Shown: positions 48,972-58,229 of the stretch, piece by piece
Position numbering within the stretch: position 1 is the first letter of the stretch
How the letters are laid out: each line of letters opens with the position of its first letter
Assembly: GCA_041652815.1 (NCBI GenBank)
Contig: JBAZGN010000002.1
Location: 366,261 to 430,260 of the forward strand
From: Candidatus Omnitrophota bacterium
Lineage (GTDB): Bacteria > Omnitrophota > Gorgyraeia > Duberdicusellales > 4484-171
Direction: 5' to 3'
Length of the DNA stretch: 64,000 nucleotides
Made by a program: the position numbers and the translations under genes
Notes under the pieces: generated by a model
The model's database searches: none
Told to the model about the DNA's origin: nothing
What the model saw: only the letters and a program-made list of their open reading frames with translations

Positions 48972-49140
48972 GTCGCTCAGGGTTAATTCGTGCTAACATT
49001 TTTCTTGCCCGCTTCGCCAAGCGAAGCGAGGCGAGCGCCATTATTGGCTTGAAAAATGTTGCACTCATTAATTTCCCGCAGTAAAATACCCACAACTTTC
49101 AAATTAACCTAAATCCCACCGCGTAGGTGGAATTTAAGGG
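48972..49140. repeat. Cassette-junction module, second copy
   Basis: See 46608-46760. Confidence 0.8.
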
Positions 49141-49208
49141 AAGATGACAGATAAAATATGATTTTTGCATTTGGCATGAAAAATAGCTTCTAAAAATAGG
49201 AGCCAAAA

Positions 49209-50126
49209 ATGGACTATTTCGAAGTGCCTCGCCCGCCAAAAGAAGGATTTTGTTCTGATAAAAACTGCCCCTGCCATGATACAGTAATTCTTCCCGGAGA
49301 AGGCTATTTGTATATCAGCCAGAAGCTGATTGATTTTCGCCGAGATTGTTTTACTTATGCCCAGCTGCAACTTAAATTAAAACAGATGGCCGAGTCAGAC
49401 CCGCTTAATAAGCTCGGCGCCGGCGGATTTGTGCGATTCTTGCCCCAGGGGACAACCAGCCCGATAATGATGTGTAAGCAAGCGGCAATGTTAAGGAGTC
49501 TTGACTTGGAAGTAGCCAGTGCCGATGCCAAATATTGGTGGAAAACCGGATTGGTGCCGTTCAGGGTAACGCCCTTGGTAGGAGGCGAGTTGAAAAATTC
49601 CATCTATGTTGAGCCTTCTGGTGCCGTGAGAGAAGAAACTAAAGTAAATCCATCGGCCATTAAAGGAAAGATATATCGCAATAGAAAATATGCATTTTCT
49701 TTGAATCTATCCGATGGCTGGATGGCAGAAAGAAAACTCCTGGATTTCGTATGCAATCCCAAAGAGGCAACCTTTAAATACAAAAAAGAAAATTTATCAT
49801 TATCTTTACATGTTTGCGTCACGCCTGTAGATAAAAAGACAATTTTTAACAAAGAGCATGAAGAGCACTCATTATTAAAAACTTTAGAAAAAACGGTTTC
49901 GCAGATGGAGCGAAAATCTAATCCTTTTTTATTGATAGATAAGACAATTGATGGTGAAAAAAATACTGTATGGGGAGAGTTCCACTCCATCTCCATTGAT
50001 AATAGTATTGAATTATTCGGAATCATCCATGCCCTGCATAATGGTTTATATTACATTATAAAATATTTTGGTGACTTGGCATTAGAGAATGAAGTCAAAA
50101 AAATATTATCTACTTTTCATTTTTGA
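49209..50126 (+). CDS. Hypothetical protein
   Basis: ORF only, 305 aa. Confidence 0.4.
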   Translation: MDYFEVPRPPKEGFCSDKNCPCHDTVILPGEGYLYISQKLIDFRRDCFTYAQLQLKLKQMAESDPLNKLGAGGFVRFLPQGTTSPIMMCKQAAMLRSLDLEVASADAKYWWKTGLVPFRVTPLVGGELKNSIYVEPSGAVREETKVNPSAIKGKIYRNRKYAFSLNLSDGWMAERKLLDFVCNPKEATFKYKKENLSLSLHVCVTPVDKKTIFNKEHEEHSLLKTLEKTVSQMERKSNPFLLIDKTIDGEKNTVWGEFHSISIDNSIELFGIIHALHNGLYYIIKYFGDLALENEVKKILSTFHF

Positions 50127-50450
50127 GATATCGCGGAAGGATAACGGGGCCAAGACCCAACATTAGAGTTTAGGATGCTTATGTCCGGCTGCCTATATAC
50201 TGATAAATTTTCTACGAAAATTTATCAGAGCAGCACGGACACGGCTGCTTCGCAGCCGGGGTTAGGCCTCGCCCGCCATTTATTATTTAACCCACTCCAC
50301 TCCGTAAGTGATATAGATTAAAGAGGGGAGGCGGCGATAAGGAGGTAAGGTTTAGTTAAAATATATCATATGATTATTATAACAAAGTTAGAAATTCTAA
50401 CTTGACATACTTTCCTACTATATGGTATACTTCTAATGGAGGTGAAAACA

Positions 50451-50708
50451 ATGACAGTAACGCGTCTTAAAACGAAAAATCAGATTACTATTCCGCAAAG
50501 CCTTGTGAAGCGCTTACATTTGAAAAAAGGGGAGCTTTTTGCCATAGATATAGAGGATAACTATCTAAGGCTTATGCCTGTTGAAATTGCCCCAAAATAT
50601 AGCGCAAAAGATTTAAAAAAGATAGACCGTATAGTTAAGAAAGAAAAAGGCAAAGCGAAATCTTTAAAATCAGGAAAAGAATTTGGAGAATACATTACAA
50701 AGATATAG
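50451..50708 (+). CDS. AbrB/MazE/SpoVT-family antitoxin
   Basis: TKNQITIPQSLVKRLHLKKGELF swapped-hairpin motif. Internal Met start chosen (the ORF opens at 50436). Confidence 0.65.
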   Translation: MTVTRLKTKNQITIPQSLVKRLHLKKGELFAIDIEDNYLRLMPVEIAPKYSAKDLKKIDRIVKKEKGKAKSLKSGKEFGEYITKI

Positions 50709-50710
50709 TA

Positions 50711-50992
50711 ATGAGAATAGTAAAAATTCTTCCTTCCTTTGAACGCTCACTTAAAAAGCTTTCTTCTCGCGATAAAGATAAATTAAAGGAAACCCTTGTG
50801 CAATTTAATGATTTTCTTGTCTCTGGTGTTTTTCCCGTTGGCCTGGGTTTTAAAAAGATAAACCATGACAAATATGAATTTAGGGTGGATATCCGCATAA
50901 GAGTGATTGTAAAAATTGAAAAAGAATATGTTTATCTTGTGCTTGCTGGCAGTCATGATAGGGTAAAACGTTATCTTCGCGAATATCGTTAG
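50711..50992 (+). CDS. RelE/ParE-family type II toxin
   Basis: C-terminal ...RIRVIVKIEKEYVYLVLAGSHD.V pattern; 93 aa; 3 nt after the antitoxin. Confidence 0.55.
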   Translation: MRIVKILPSFERSLKKLSSRDKDKLKETLVQFNDFLVSGVFPVGLGFKKINHDKYEFRVDIRIRVIVKIEKEYVYLVLAGSHDRVKRYLREYR

Positions 50993-51100
50993 AGAGGATA
51001 ACGGGATCAGGCCTTCAGATGTCAGATGAAACCCCGTCCACCCCGGAGGTGGACGCTGATTGTTGTTGATGGTGCTTGAAATTGAGGAGGTAGTTTAGCA

Positions 51101-51670
51101 ATGGAGAAAAATATTCGACAAATAAACCTTTCTGAAAGAGACCGGGCAATTCGCATGAAACTTGCCGTTGGGTTAGTTATTGTTTTTGTTTCTCTAGCCG
51201 TTTGGATGGGCAGTGGTATTTATCGACAAGCAGAAAATGGCGTTAGTTCTTCTCAATGGCCATCTACCGAAGGCTATATTGTTTCATCCGAAATTACTCG
51301 GCACGCAAATGGTAGTAGCCGGCGATTGCGTGCAACGCGATACTCGCCTAATATATACTATACTTATAAAATCAATGGAATCGAATATGAAGGCCGCCGT
51401 CTTACTTTTATGAATAGCTCAGGAGGGAAGAGCTGGGCTGAGCAAAAAGTCAATAATTATCCTGCTGGTAAGCGGGTAGATGTATATTATAAACCGCAAG
51501 ATTTAACAATTTCCGTATTGGAACCCGGGGCTACTATGAAATGGCTTATCCTGTCAAGCGGTGCAATATTAATTTTCTGTGTTGTTTTTTTGCTGATAGC
51601 ATATGTTTGTTACAGGGATTATCAAAAAGTCAAGAAAGCTCGTTTCGAAGGAGGAAGGTATTATTTCTAA
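51101..51670 (+). CDS. DUF3592-like membrane protein
   Basis: N-terminal TM, conserved YYTYKINGIEYEG..L and NYPAGKRVDVYY core, C-terminal TM. Confidence 0.55.
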   Translation: MEKNIRQINLSERDRAIRMKLAVGLVIVFVSLAVWMGSGIYRQAENGVSSSQWPSTEGYIVSSEITRHANGSSRRLRATRYSPNIYYTYKINGIEYEGRRLTFMNSSGGKSWAEQKVNNYPAGKRVDVYYKPQDLTISVLEPGATMKWLILSSGAILIFCVVFLLIAYVCYRDYQKVKKARFEGGRYYF

Positions 51671-51796
51671 AAATAGAGGAATTCCGGGGCACAATATTTA
51701 ATATTTTTTTTACGCTTATTAACCTAAAAACCTACAATCTAATAACCAAAATCATTGACCGCTGTATTTTCCCGCAGTAGAATAATTTCAATTCTG

Positions 51797-52741
51797 ATGA
51801 CGCAGCCACAAATATTAAGCCGGGATAAGATAGAAGAGCTGAATAGCGCGGTTTGTTTTTTTACTTTAAAAAGCAGGCGCAAAATAGCTTATTACGAATA
51901 CGGCGATCCAGCCGGAAAGCCCATATTTTTTTGCCACGGAACCGGTTCGCACATTCACGTCATGCTTCTGCACGATTCTGCCAGGCAGCACGGATATAGA
52001 ATAATTGTGCCTGATAGGCCAGGGGTCGGGTTATCCGATTTTGCTCCGCGGAGAAAACTCCTTGACGGGGCAGACGACATCGGACTTCTCGCCGACAAAT
52101 TAGGCATAGACAGATTTGGGGTGATGGGCATTTCAGGGGGCGGGCCGACCATACTTGCCTGCGCATACCGTTTACAAGAGAGGCTTAATTTCGTGGTGGA
52201 CCTTGCCGGCGCAGTCCCGCTTTATAATGATCCCGAAGCGCTAAAAAAGCTCGGCACGGTGGATAGATTTTACGCAAAGTTAGGCAGCCGCCTGCCATTA
52301 TTTTTATTTCAGATACCCTTCGCTTTGCTTGGGCTTCAGCAGAAGATGCTTAAAAGCCCGCAAGCTTTCGTCAACATGATGCGCTCAAGTATGTGCAAGG
52401 CAGATATGGAATTATTTATGATTCCAGAAATGCAATATGTTTTTATGCGCGATTTTCAGGAGCTTTTCCGCCAGGGTTCCCGCGGGCCGGCTCTTGATGC
52501 CCAGTTAATATATCATCCGTGGGATTTTGATATCAGTAAGATTAACACGCACGTAGAAATACGCCAGGGCAGCGAAGACCGCTGGATACCGCCATATTTT
52601 AGCCAGTATTTGGCAAAGACACTGCCGGACGCGACGCTTAACACGATAGAAGGGCAGGGCCATTTCTATCATATGGCTTACGCTGATGCTACGTTGTCTT
52701 TTGTAGGCCAGATAGCTAAGGATAATGGGAGCAAATCTTGA
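51797..52741 (+). CDS. Alpha/beta hydrolase fold protein
   Basis: HGTGSH and GISGGG (GxSxG) motifs. Internal Met start chosen (the ORF opens at 51755). Confidence 0.7.
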   Translation: MTQPQILSRDKIEELNSAVCFFTLKSRRKIAYYEYGDPAGKPIFFCHGTGSHIHVMLLHDSARQHGYRIIVPDRPGVGLSDFAPRRKLLDGADDIGLLADKLGIDRFGVMGISGGGPTILACAYRLQERLNFVVDLAGAVPLYNDPEALKKLGTVDRFYAKLGSRLPLFLFQIPFALLGLQQKMLKSPQAFVNMMRSSMCKADMELFMIPEMQYVFMRDFQELFRQGSRGPALDAQLIYHPWDFDISKINTHVEIRQGSEDRWIPPYFSQYLAKTLPDATLNTIEGQGHFYHMAYADATLSFVGQIAKDNGSKS

Positions 52742-52858
52742 AACTTAAATTTAGGATAATTGTGTCCGGCTGCGGACATACTACGAAAATCCCATGCTTT
52801 TCAAGTAGAATATTTTCATAGTTTTTATAATTTTAACCTTTTAATAGAGGAGGTCAGC

Positions 52859-52984
52859 ATGGCAGTAAAGAAAGTGGGAGAAAAGTATCGGTGTAATGTT
52901 TGCGGTAATGAAGTTACTGTAACCAAAGTTGGCGGTGGGGAGCTGGTTTGTTGCAAAAAACCGATGGAAAAAATTGACGGATAG
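52859..52984 (+). CDS. Desulforedoxin (rubredoxin-like Fe(Cys)4 protein)
   Basis: KYRCNVCGNEVTVTKVGGGELVCC..PME matches desulforedoxin. Internal Met start with AGGAGG RBS; the ORF opens at 52760. Confidence 0.75.
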   Translation: MAVKKVGEKYRCNVCGNEVTVTKVGGGELVCCKKPMEKIDG

Positions 52985-53135
52985 GAGTAAAATGTATAAT
53001 AGGGTTAAGCCTTCAGATGCCAGATAAATAAAAGGCCACGTTTTGCTGGCGCCTAACGGGTTAATTCACGCTATCATTTTTCTACGTGCAGGGAGCACTT
53101 GGAAAATTGCAAGTTTCATTAAATGGAGGGTCAAA

Positions 53136-53342
53136 ATGCATACAGGCAAGATTAAGAAATTGGTTCTCGAAAAAGGGTTTGGTTTCATAACTGATAGTGA
53201 CGGCACGGATGTATTTTTCCATAAGAATAATCTTGTGGGTATTACATTTGAAAGTTTAACCGGCGGGGAAGAAGTTACTTTTGAAATTGAACAAAATCCC
53301 AAAGGTAAACGTGCAATTAACGTGAGCCTTGCGAGTAAATAG
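53136..53342 (+). CDS. Cold-shock domain protein
   Basis: GKIKKLVLEKGFGFIT...DVFFH...G...VTFEIE..PKGKRAINV. Internal Met start; the ORF opens at 53043. Confidence 0.8.
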   Translation: MHTGKIKKLVLEKGFGFITDSDGTDVFFHKNNLVGITFESLTGGEEVTFEIEQNPKGKRAINVSLASK

Positions 53343-53460
53343 CAGGAAAGAAATCGAAGAAAAATTGAAATTCAGGATAATTATTCCTGGCTGCTTTGCA
53401 GCCAGGAATAATTATTTCATGCCCCGATGTTACTTATAAAGAGGGCATAGGTTAAATTTT

Positions 53461-53907
53461 ATGTTTTATTTTATTCTTGTTTTCGGCCTTGTTTGGGTTT
53501 TTGGAATGCTGTATGTCATAATAATGGGCCTGCGTAGTAAGAGCTGGCCTCTAACAACAGGGAAAATCGTTTCTTCCGAAGTCCGTAAACAAGTCAGTCG
53601 TGCTCGCGGCAACCGTCCCAATCCAGCTTCATATCAACCATATGTGCTTTATGAATACTCTGTTGGCGGCAATCGAATGCAGTCAGAGCAATTAGCTTTT
53701 GGCGGAAGAATGCAGGTTTCTGAAAAAAGAGCGCAAAAAATAATTGAAAACTACCCGGCAGGCAAAAACATACCAGTTTACTATAACCCTCAAAAACATA
53801 CCCAGTCAGTGCTGATAGCCGGTAATGTTATCGGGGTCTATATAATGCTTGCGTTTGGATTTGTATTTATTGCTCTTGGCGTAGCAGGCATTGCGCTTAA
53901 GTGGTAA
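53461..53907 (+). CDS. DUF3592-like membrane protein, paralog
   Basis: Same architecture and NYPAGKNIPVYYNP core as 51101-51670. Confidence 0.55.
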   Translation: MFYFILVFGLVWVFGMLYVIIMGLRSKSWPLTTGKIVSSEVRKQVSRARGNRPNPASYQPYVLYEYSVGGNRMQSEQLAFGGRMQVSEKRAQKIIENYPAGKNIPVYYNPQKHTQSVLIAGNVIGVYIMLAFGFVFIALGVAGIALKW

Positions 53908-53985
53908 TAACGAGATAACAGGATTAGTTTTCGCTCACCTCAGGCTAATTGCATAGAATATCTTAAATTGAGGAGGTAATCAATA

Positions 53986-54798
53986 ATGGCTACAGCTATC
54001 TATTATTTTTCCGCAACCGGTAATTCTCTCACCGTAGCTAAAGACCTTGCAGCAAGATTCGATAATGTGCAAATTATTCCTATAGCTAAAGCGCTTAAAA
54101 ATAATTTTGAGCAGCCTTTTGATGTTGTCGGCATTGTTTATCCTGTATATATGTTTGGCCTTCCGCTCATTGTCGCAGATTTCCTGAAACAAATAAAAAT
54201 AAAACCGCAGGCTTATATTTTTGCAGTTGCCACTTTAGGCGGCCTGCCGGGTTTGGCACATACACAAACCAAAGAAATACTTGAGAGTCGGGGGTTTTTG
54301 CTTTCTGCCGCTTTTTCCGTACTTATGCCGGGAAATTACACTCCGCTCTATGGAGCAATTGATAAAGAAAAACAGGAAGAAATGTTTAAAAAAGAGAAAT
54401 TACGCATAAACACAATTGTCGCAGCGGTTAAAGAGCAAAAGCGCGGCATAATGGAAGAAAAGCCGTTCCTTCTTAACTTTCTTTTTAATAAATTATTGTA
54501 TAAAGGCGGCACAAAACAAATTCCTTTAAGCGGAAGAAATTTTTGGGTGACAGAAGCTTGCACCAAATGCGGGCTTTGTGCTAAAGTCTGCCCGGTAGAA
54601 AATATTGAGCTGGTTGATAGCAAGCCCCAATGGCTTACTCATTGCCAGCATTGTATGGCGTGCCTTCAGTGGTGCCCGGTTGAGGCAATCCAGTATAAGA
54701 AATCAACTCTGGGCAGGAAGCGTTACCGGCATCCAGCTATAACCGTGCAGGAAATTGAAAATCAAAGGGTTAGCTCGGTAGAAGGAGACAGTAAATGA
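53986..54798 (+). CDS. EFR1-family ferredoxin (flavodoxin-like domain + 2x[4Fe-4S])
   Basis: IYYFSATGNS N-terminus and CTKCGLCAKVCP...C..C..C..CP. Confidence 0.7.
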   Translation: MATAIYYFSATGNSLTVAKDLAARFDNVQIIPIAKALKNNFEQPFDVVGIVYPVYMFGLPLIVADFLKQIKIKPQAYIFAVATLGGLPGLAHTQTKEILESRGFLLSAAFSVLMPGNYTPLYGAIDKEKQEEMFKKEKLRINTIVAAVKEQKRGIMEEKPFLLNFLFNKLLYKGGTKQIPLSGRNFWVTEACTKCGLCAKVCPVENIELVDSKPQWLTHCQHCMACLQWCPVEAIQYKKSTLGRKRYRHPAITVQEIENQRVSSVEGDSK

Positions 54799-56048
54799 AG
54801 AAAATTTTTAAAAGCAAAATTCAAATAGGCATAGGGATTATGGTTTTTGCGTTTATCTTCAGTCTTTTTTATTCTACCCAAATTTTTTCCGAGGAAATTC
54901 CCTTTAAGCGTTTGGATAAATTTTCCAAACGCATGCACCAGCTGCGCGGGGAGGCAGTAGGGTATCCGGTTAATCAAAATACAGACCTTAAGGAATTTTA
55001 TCAGTGGTATATTGATTCAAGGCTCTATGATGTTTCGATGAACAATGTCGGCGACCCCCAGAAAGCAAGCATCTATAGTATGAACACCCATGAGTTTGAA
55101 AATGAGTTGATTGATTTCTTTGCGCCGTTGTATGGATTTTCCAAAGATGAAGCCTGGGGAATAGTCACGATGAGCGGTACTGACGGCAATATGCACGGGA
55201 TGTATTTCGGGGTAAAGCAGCTTTTGAGCCAGACAAAAATGCTTCCGATTTGCTATGTTTCTGAAGAAGCGCACTATTCCATAAAGAAACTGGCAGATCT
55301 CCAAAACCTGGAGCTACGTTTAATCAAGGCTGACGAATCCGGGAAGATGATTGTAAGTGAATTTGAAAAAGCGCTTGACCCAACAAAACCGGCACTGGTG
55401 GTTATTGCCATGGGTACTACTTTTAAGGGCGCAATCGATGACCAGGCGGCGATTGACGCGGTGATTCGTAAAAAGAAGCCGATTGCCGTCTACAGGCATG
55501 TTGATGCGGCTTTATTCGGCGGGTATTTACCATTTACAGAAAACAAAGATTTGGTAAACCGTAAGGTGTTTTATTTTGATTCAATTGCCGTAAGCGGCCA
55601 CAAATTCTTCGGGTTTGATGAGCCGATGGGTGTTTTTATCACTACGAAAAAGACACTTAGCCAGATTAACCCTTTTAACGTGCCCTATCTTAATCAGGCC
55701 GTACCTACAATCACCTGTTCCCGCAATGCGCTTTCTGCCTTAAAATTCTGGTGGAAGGTTAAGAAAACCGGGATGCAGGGGTTTATAACGCAGGCAAAGG
55801 AAATTCTGGCGAATGCCAAATATTTAGAAGCTGAACTGCAAAAAATCAACTGTCCGGCTTGGCGGGGAGAATATTCCAATACTGTCTATTTTAAACGGCC
55901 AATTCAAACCGTGATGAGGAAATACGACCTTGCCCCTGAATTTGATTCTCGTTTGGGTGGCAATTTGGCACATATAGTGGTTATGCAGAATGTAAGCCGT
56001 AAAGTTATAGATGAAATTGTTAGTGATGTAAAAACTAAAATGCAATAA
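54795..56048 (+). CDS. PLP-dependent group II amino-acid decarboxylase (histidine-decarboxylase-like) with N-terminal TM/signal
   Basis: SGHKFFG lysine motif in a fold-type I context. Confidence 0.6.
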   Translation: MKKIFKSKIQIGIGIMVFAFIFSLFYSTQIFSEEIPFKRLDKFSKRMHQLRGEAVGYPVNQNTDLKEFYQWYIDSRLYDVSMNNVGDPQKASIYSMNTHEFENELIDFFAPLYGFSKDEAWGIVTMSGTDGNMHGMYFGVKQLLSQTKMLPICYVSEEAHYSIKKLADLQNLELRLIKADESGKMIVSEFEKALDPTKPALVVIAMGTTFKGAIDDQAAIDAVIRKKKPIAVYRHVDAALFGGYLPFTENKDLVNRKVFYFDSIAVSGHKFFGFDEPMGVFITTKKTLSQINPFNVPYLNQAVPTITCSRNALSALKFWWKVKKTGMQGFITQAKEILANAKYLEAELQKINCPAWRGEYSNTVYFKRPIQTVMRKYDLAPEFDSRLGGNLAHIVVMQNVSRKVIDEIVSDVKTKMQ

Positions 56049-56187
56049 AAGATCCCAAAATCATCGACCATCAAATTTTTGCGCAGTAAAATATTTCTAA
56101 TTGCGAGGCGTTACAGGCATTCATACAATCAGGAGTTGACATCAATGTTTAATGCTAGGTGATTTTGTTTATAAACAACCAGGAGGC

Positions 56188-56733
56188 ATGATGAGAAAGA
56201 AACCTTATCTATATATATTATTATTGATTGGACATTTTCTGTGGTGTGTTGCTATAACAAATAATTATGCTAGCGCTGAAGAAAAAACTTTCCTTGCGGA
56301 AGAATCTCTGGATCCCGAAGGAACCAGTTGTATGAAATTTCATGGATTTTATAACCCATCAAAGGAGGTTTCACCGGATGCCTGCAGGCAGAAAAACGAA
56401 GTGTATACATCCAATCCAAACAAAACAATTACTTTCAAATGGGATTGTCCAATAAAAGATGGGATTCCTTCCTTTTACTGGTTTTGTTGTTCATGTAAGG
56501 ACAATACAAGTTATACCGTTCCCGTTCCTTTTCCAATACCAGGCGTTCCTTGTCCTGTTTTGCCGGTATCCTGTAAGTTAGAAGATAATCCAAATAATGA
56601 TTACATTTCAGCATCTTGCACATTAACGGTTGATCCAAACCATGAATATGCTTATTCGGTAGCTTGCCCATTAAAAGCAGGCGTCATGAGTGGGTGTGGC
56701 GATAAATTGCGAGTTATAAAATACAAAAAGTAA
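56188..56733 (+). CDS. Cysteine-rich secreted protein
   Basis: Signal peptide and many Cys. An alternative start at 56146 lies inside the junction module. Confidence 0.4.
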   Translation: MMRKKPYLYILLLIGHFLWCVAITNNYASAEEKTFLAEESLDPEGTSCMKFHGFYNPSKEVSPDACRQKNEVYTSNPNKTITFKWDCPIKDGIPSFYWFCCSCKDNTSYTVPVPFPIPGVPCPVLPVSCKLEDNPNNDYISASCTLTVDPNHEYAYSVACPLKAGVMSGCGDKLRVIKYKK

Positions 56734-56955
56734 ATAGAAAAAAGGATAGTGGGGTTAGGTTTTCAGGTGTCAGACATATTCCAAAATTCCACCTTGACCA
56801 CCCAATTTCTGTGGAGTAAAATATTTCCAATTGTGAAGCGTTAAGTGCATTCATACAATTAGGAGTTAGCATCAAAGCGTTGGGCAACCAGCGCTTTTTG
56901 ATTATAAGTAGATAATAAGATTAAGCTGCTCCGCAGCCAAAATAACGAGGGAAGA

Positions 56956-57486
56956 ATGCGTTTGAAACAGAAAATATTGGATAAATTTAAAACGTATTGG
57001 GTAAATGTTTTTTACATAACTTTATTTTTTAGTATTTTCACTGATTACAGAAGATTGATATTGGCTCATTATCAAATTTATTATGGAGCGTATGGTATCA
57101 GCTTTATTAAGGGGTTAGTGTTAGCTAAGGTTATTCTGGTGGCAGAGCATTTTCACCTTGGGCGGGGATTCGAAGATATGTCCCTTATCGTCCCAACTCT
57201 ATATAAGTCGTTTATGTTTACTATCTGTGTTGCCATTTTAAGCATAATTGAATTTATGGTTCGCGGTTTTCTAAAAGCAGAAGGCTTAATTAAAGTATCC
57301 GATGTATTTATAAAATGCTTCTCATATGAATGGTTTTCCGGCATGTTGATAGTATTCGCGGCTTTTATTCCTTTTTTTGGAATCAGGGAATTAGGAAGGG
57401 TGTTGGGAAGCGGAAAAATAAGCGAGCTTTTTTTCCATAGGAAGATAGCTGCCGGGTCAAATCTTTCCAAGGATGAATCGCAATAG
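56956..57486 (+). CDS. Hypothetical membrane protein
   Basis: ORF only. Confidence 0.4.
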   Translation: MRLKQKILDKFKTYWVNVFYITLFFSIFTDYRRLILAHYQIYYGAYGISFIKGLVLAKVILVAEHFHLGRGFEDMSLIVPTLYKSFMFTICVAILSIIEFMVRGFLKAEGLIKVSDVFIKCFSYEWFSGMLIVFAAFIPFFGIRELGRVLGSGKISELFFHRKIAAGSNLSKDESQ

Positions 57487-57549
57487 TTTGCTATAATAAT
57501 TTATCCCAATGGCAATTAACATATTGATGGGATTAAATAATAGAAGGAG

Positions 57550-58056
57550 ATGAATATGAGAAGAATAGGAGCAATTACTTTTTTGTTAGTTTTTGTAACC
57601 ACTGTAATATGTTTTGCGGATGAGATTAAAGGTAAAGTCAGCGTTGTAGATAAAACGAAAAAGACATTACAAATTTCCGGCGTGCTGATACAGGCAGCTG
57701 ATGCATGGATAGAAAACGAACAGGATTATCCGCTGGTTCTTGGCAGTGTCGCAGCAGGAGACTATGTTGAAGTAGATGGCAAATTTATAGGTTCATCCGA
57801 GATAAAAGCAAGAAAGATTGACCGAAAGAAACCAGAATGCGGGGTTGTCAAAGGTAAGATTGCATCAATAGATACTAAAAAAAGAGAAATTATTATTAGC
57901 GGTATTATAATAAAAGTTCCAGCTGATGCCTGGTTGGAAGGGCCGAGCCGGGTTAGAATACCGCTTGAGTTATTTGCTCTCGGCTATTCTGTAGAATGCA
58001 GGGGGGATTGGACAGGAATTTCCGAATTGACAGCTTTTAAGGTAACTGTTGATTAA
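57550..58056 (+). CDS. Hypothetical secreted protein
   Basis: Signal peptide. Confidence 0.4.
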   Translation: MNMRRIGAITFLLVFVTTVICFADEIKGKVSVVDKTKKTLQISGVLIQAADAWIENEQDYPLVLGSVAAGDYVEVDGKFIGSSEIKARKIDRKKPECGVVKGKIASIDTKKREIIISGIIIKVPADAWLEGPSRVRIPLELFALGYSVECRGDWTGISELTAFKVTVD

Positions 58057-58229
58057 TCCCTTTGCCAGAAATCCACGGGCACGCCTGCCTTCGGCAGTCA
58101 GGCCCGTGCGGGCTCCAGATTAAAAAATTCTCTTCCATAATTTTTTGACGCTTAACGGGGATAATTCGAATAAAATAATTTTTCTGGCAGGAAGCCTGAA
58201 AGATAGCAAGTCTCATTAGGAGGTGGGGA

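Noticed and set aside
53980-54192. Minus-strand 70-aa ORF upstream of and overlapping the EFR1 ferredoxin start
   Set aside because: Overlaps the RBS and start of a well-supported plus-strand gene. No support of its own.
44996-56910. Calling the cassette region a bona fide integron
   Set aside because: No intI gene in the window, and no unambiguous R''(RYYYAAC)/R'(GTTRRRY) attC boxes could be identified by eye. Kept as a hypothesis in the findings rather than annotated as a feature.
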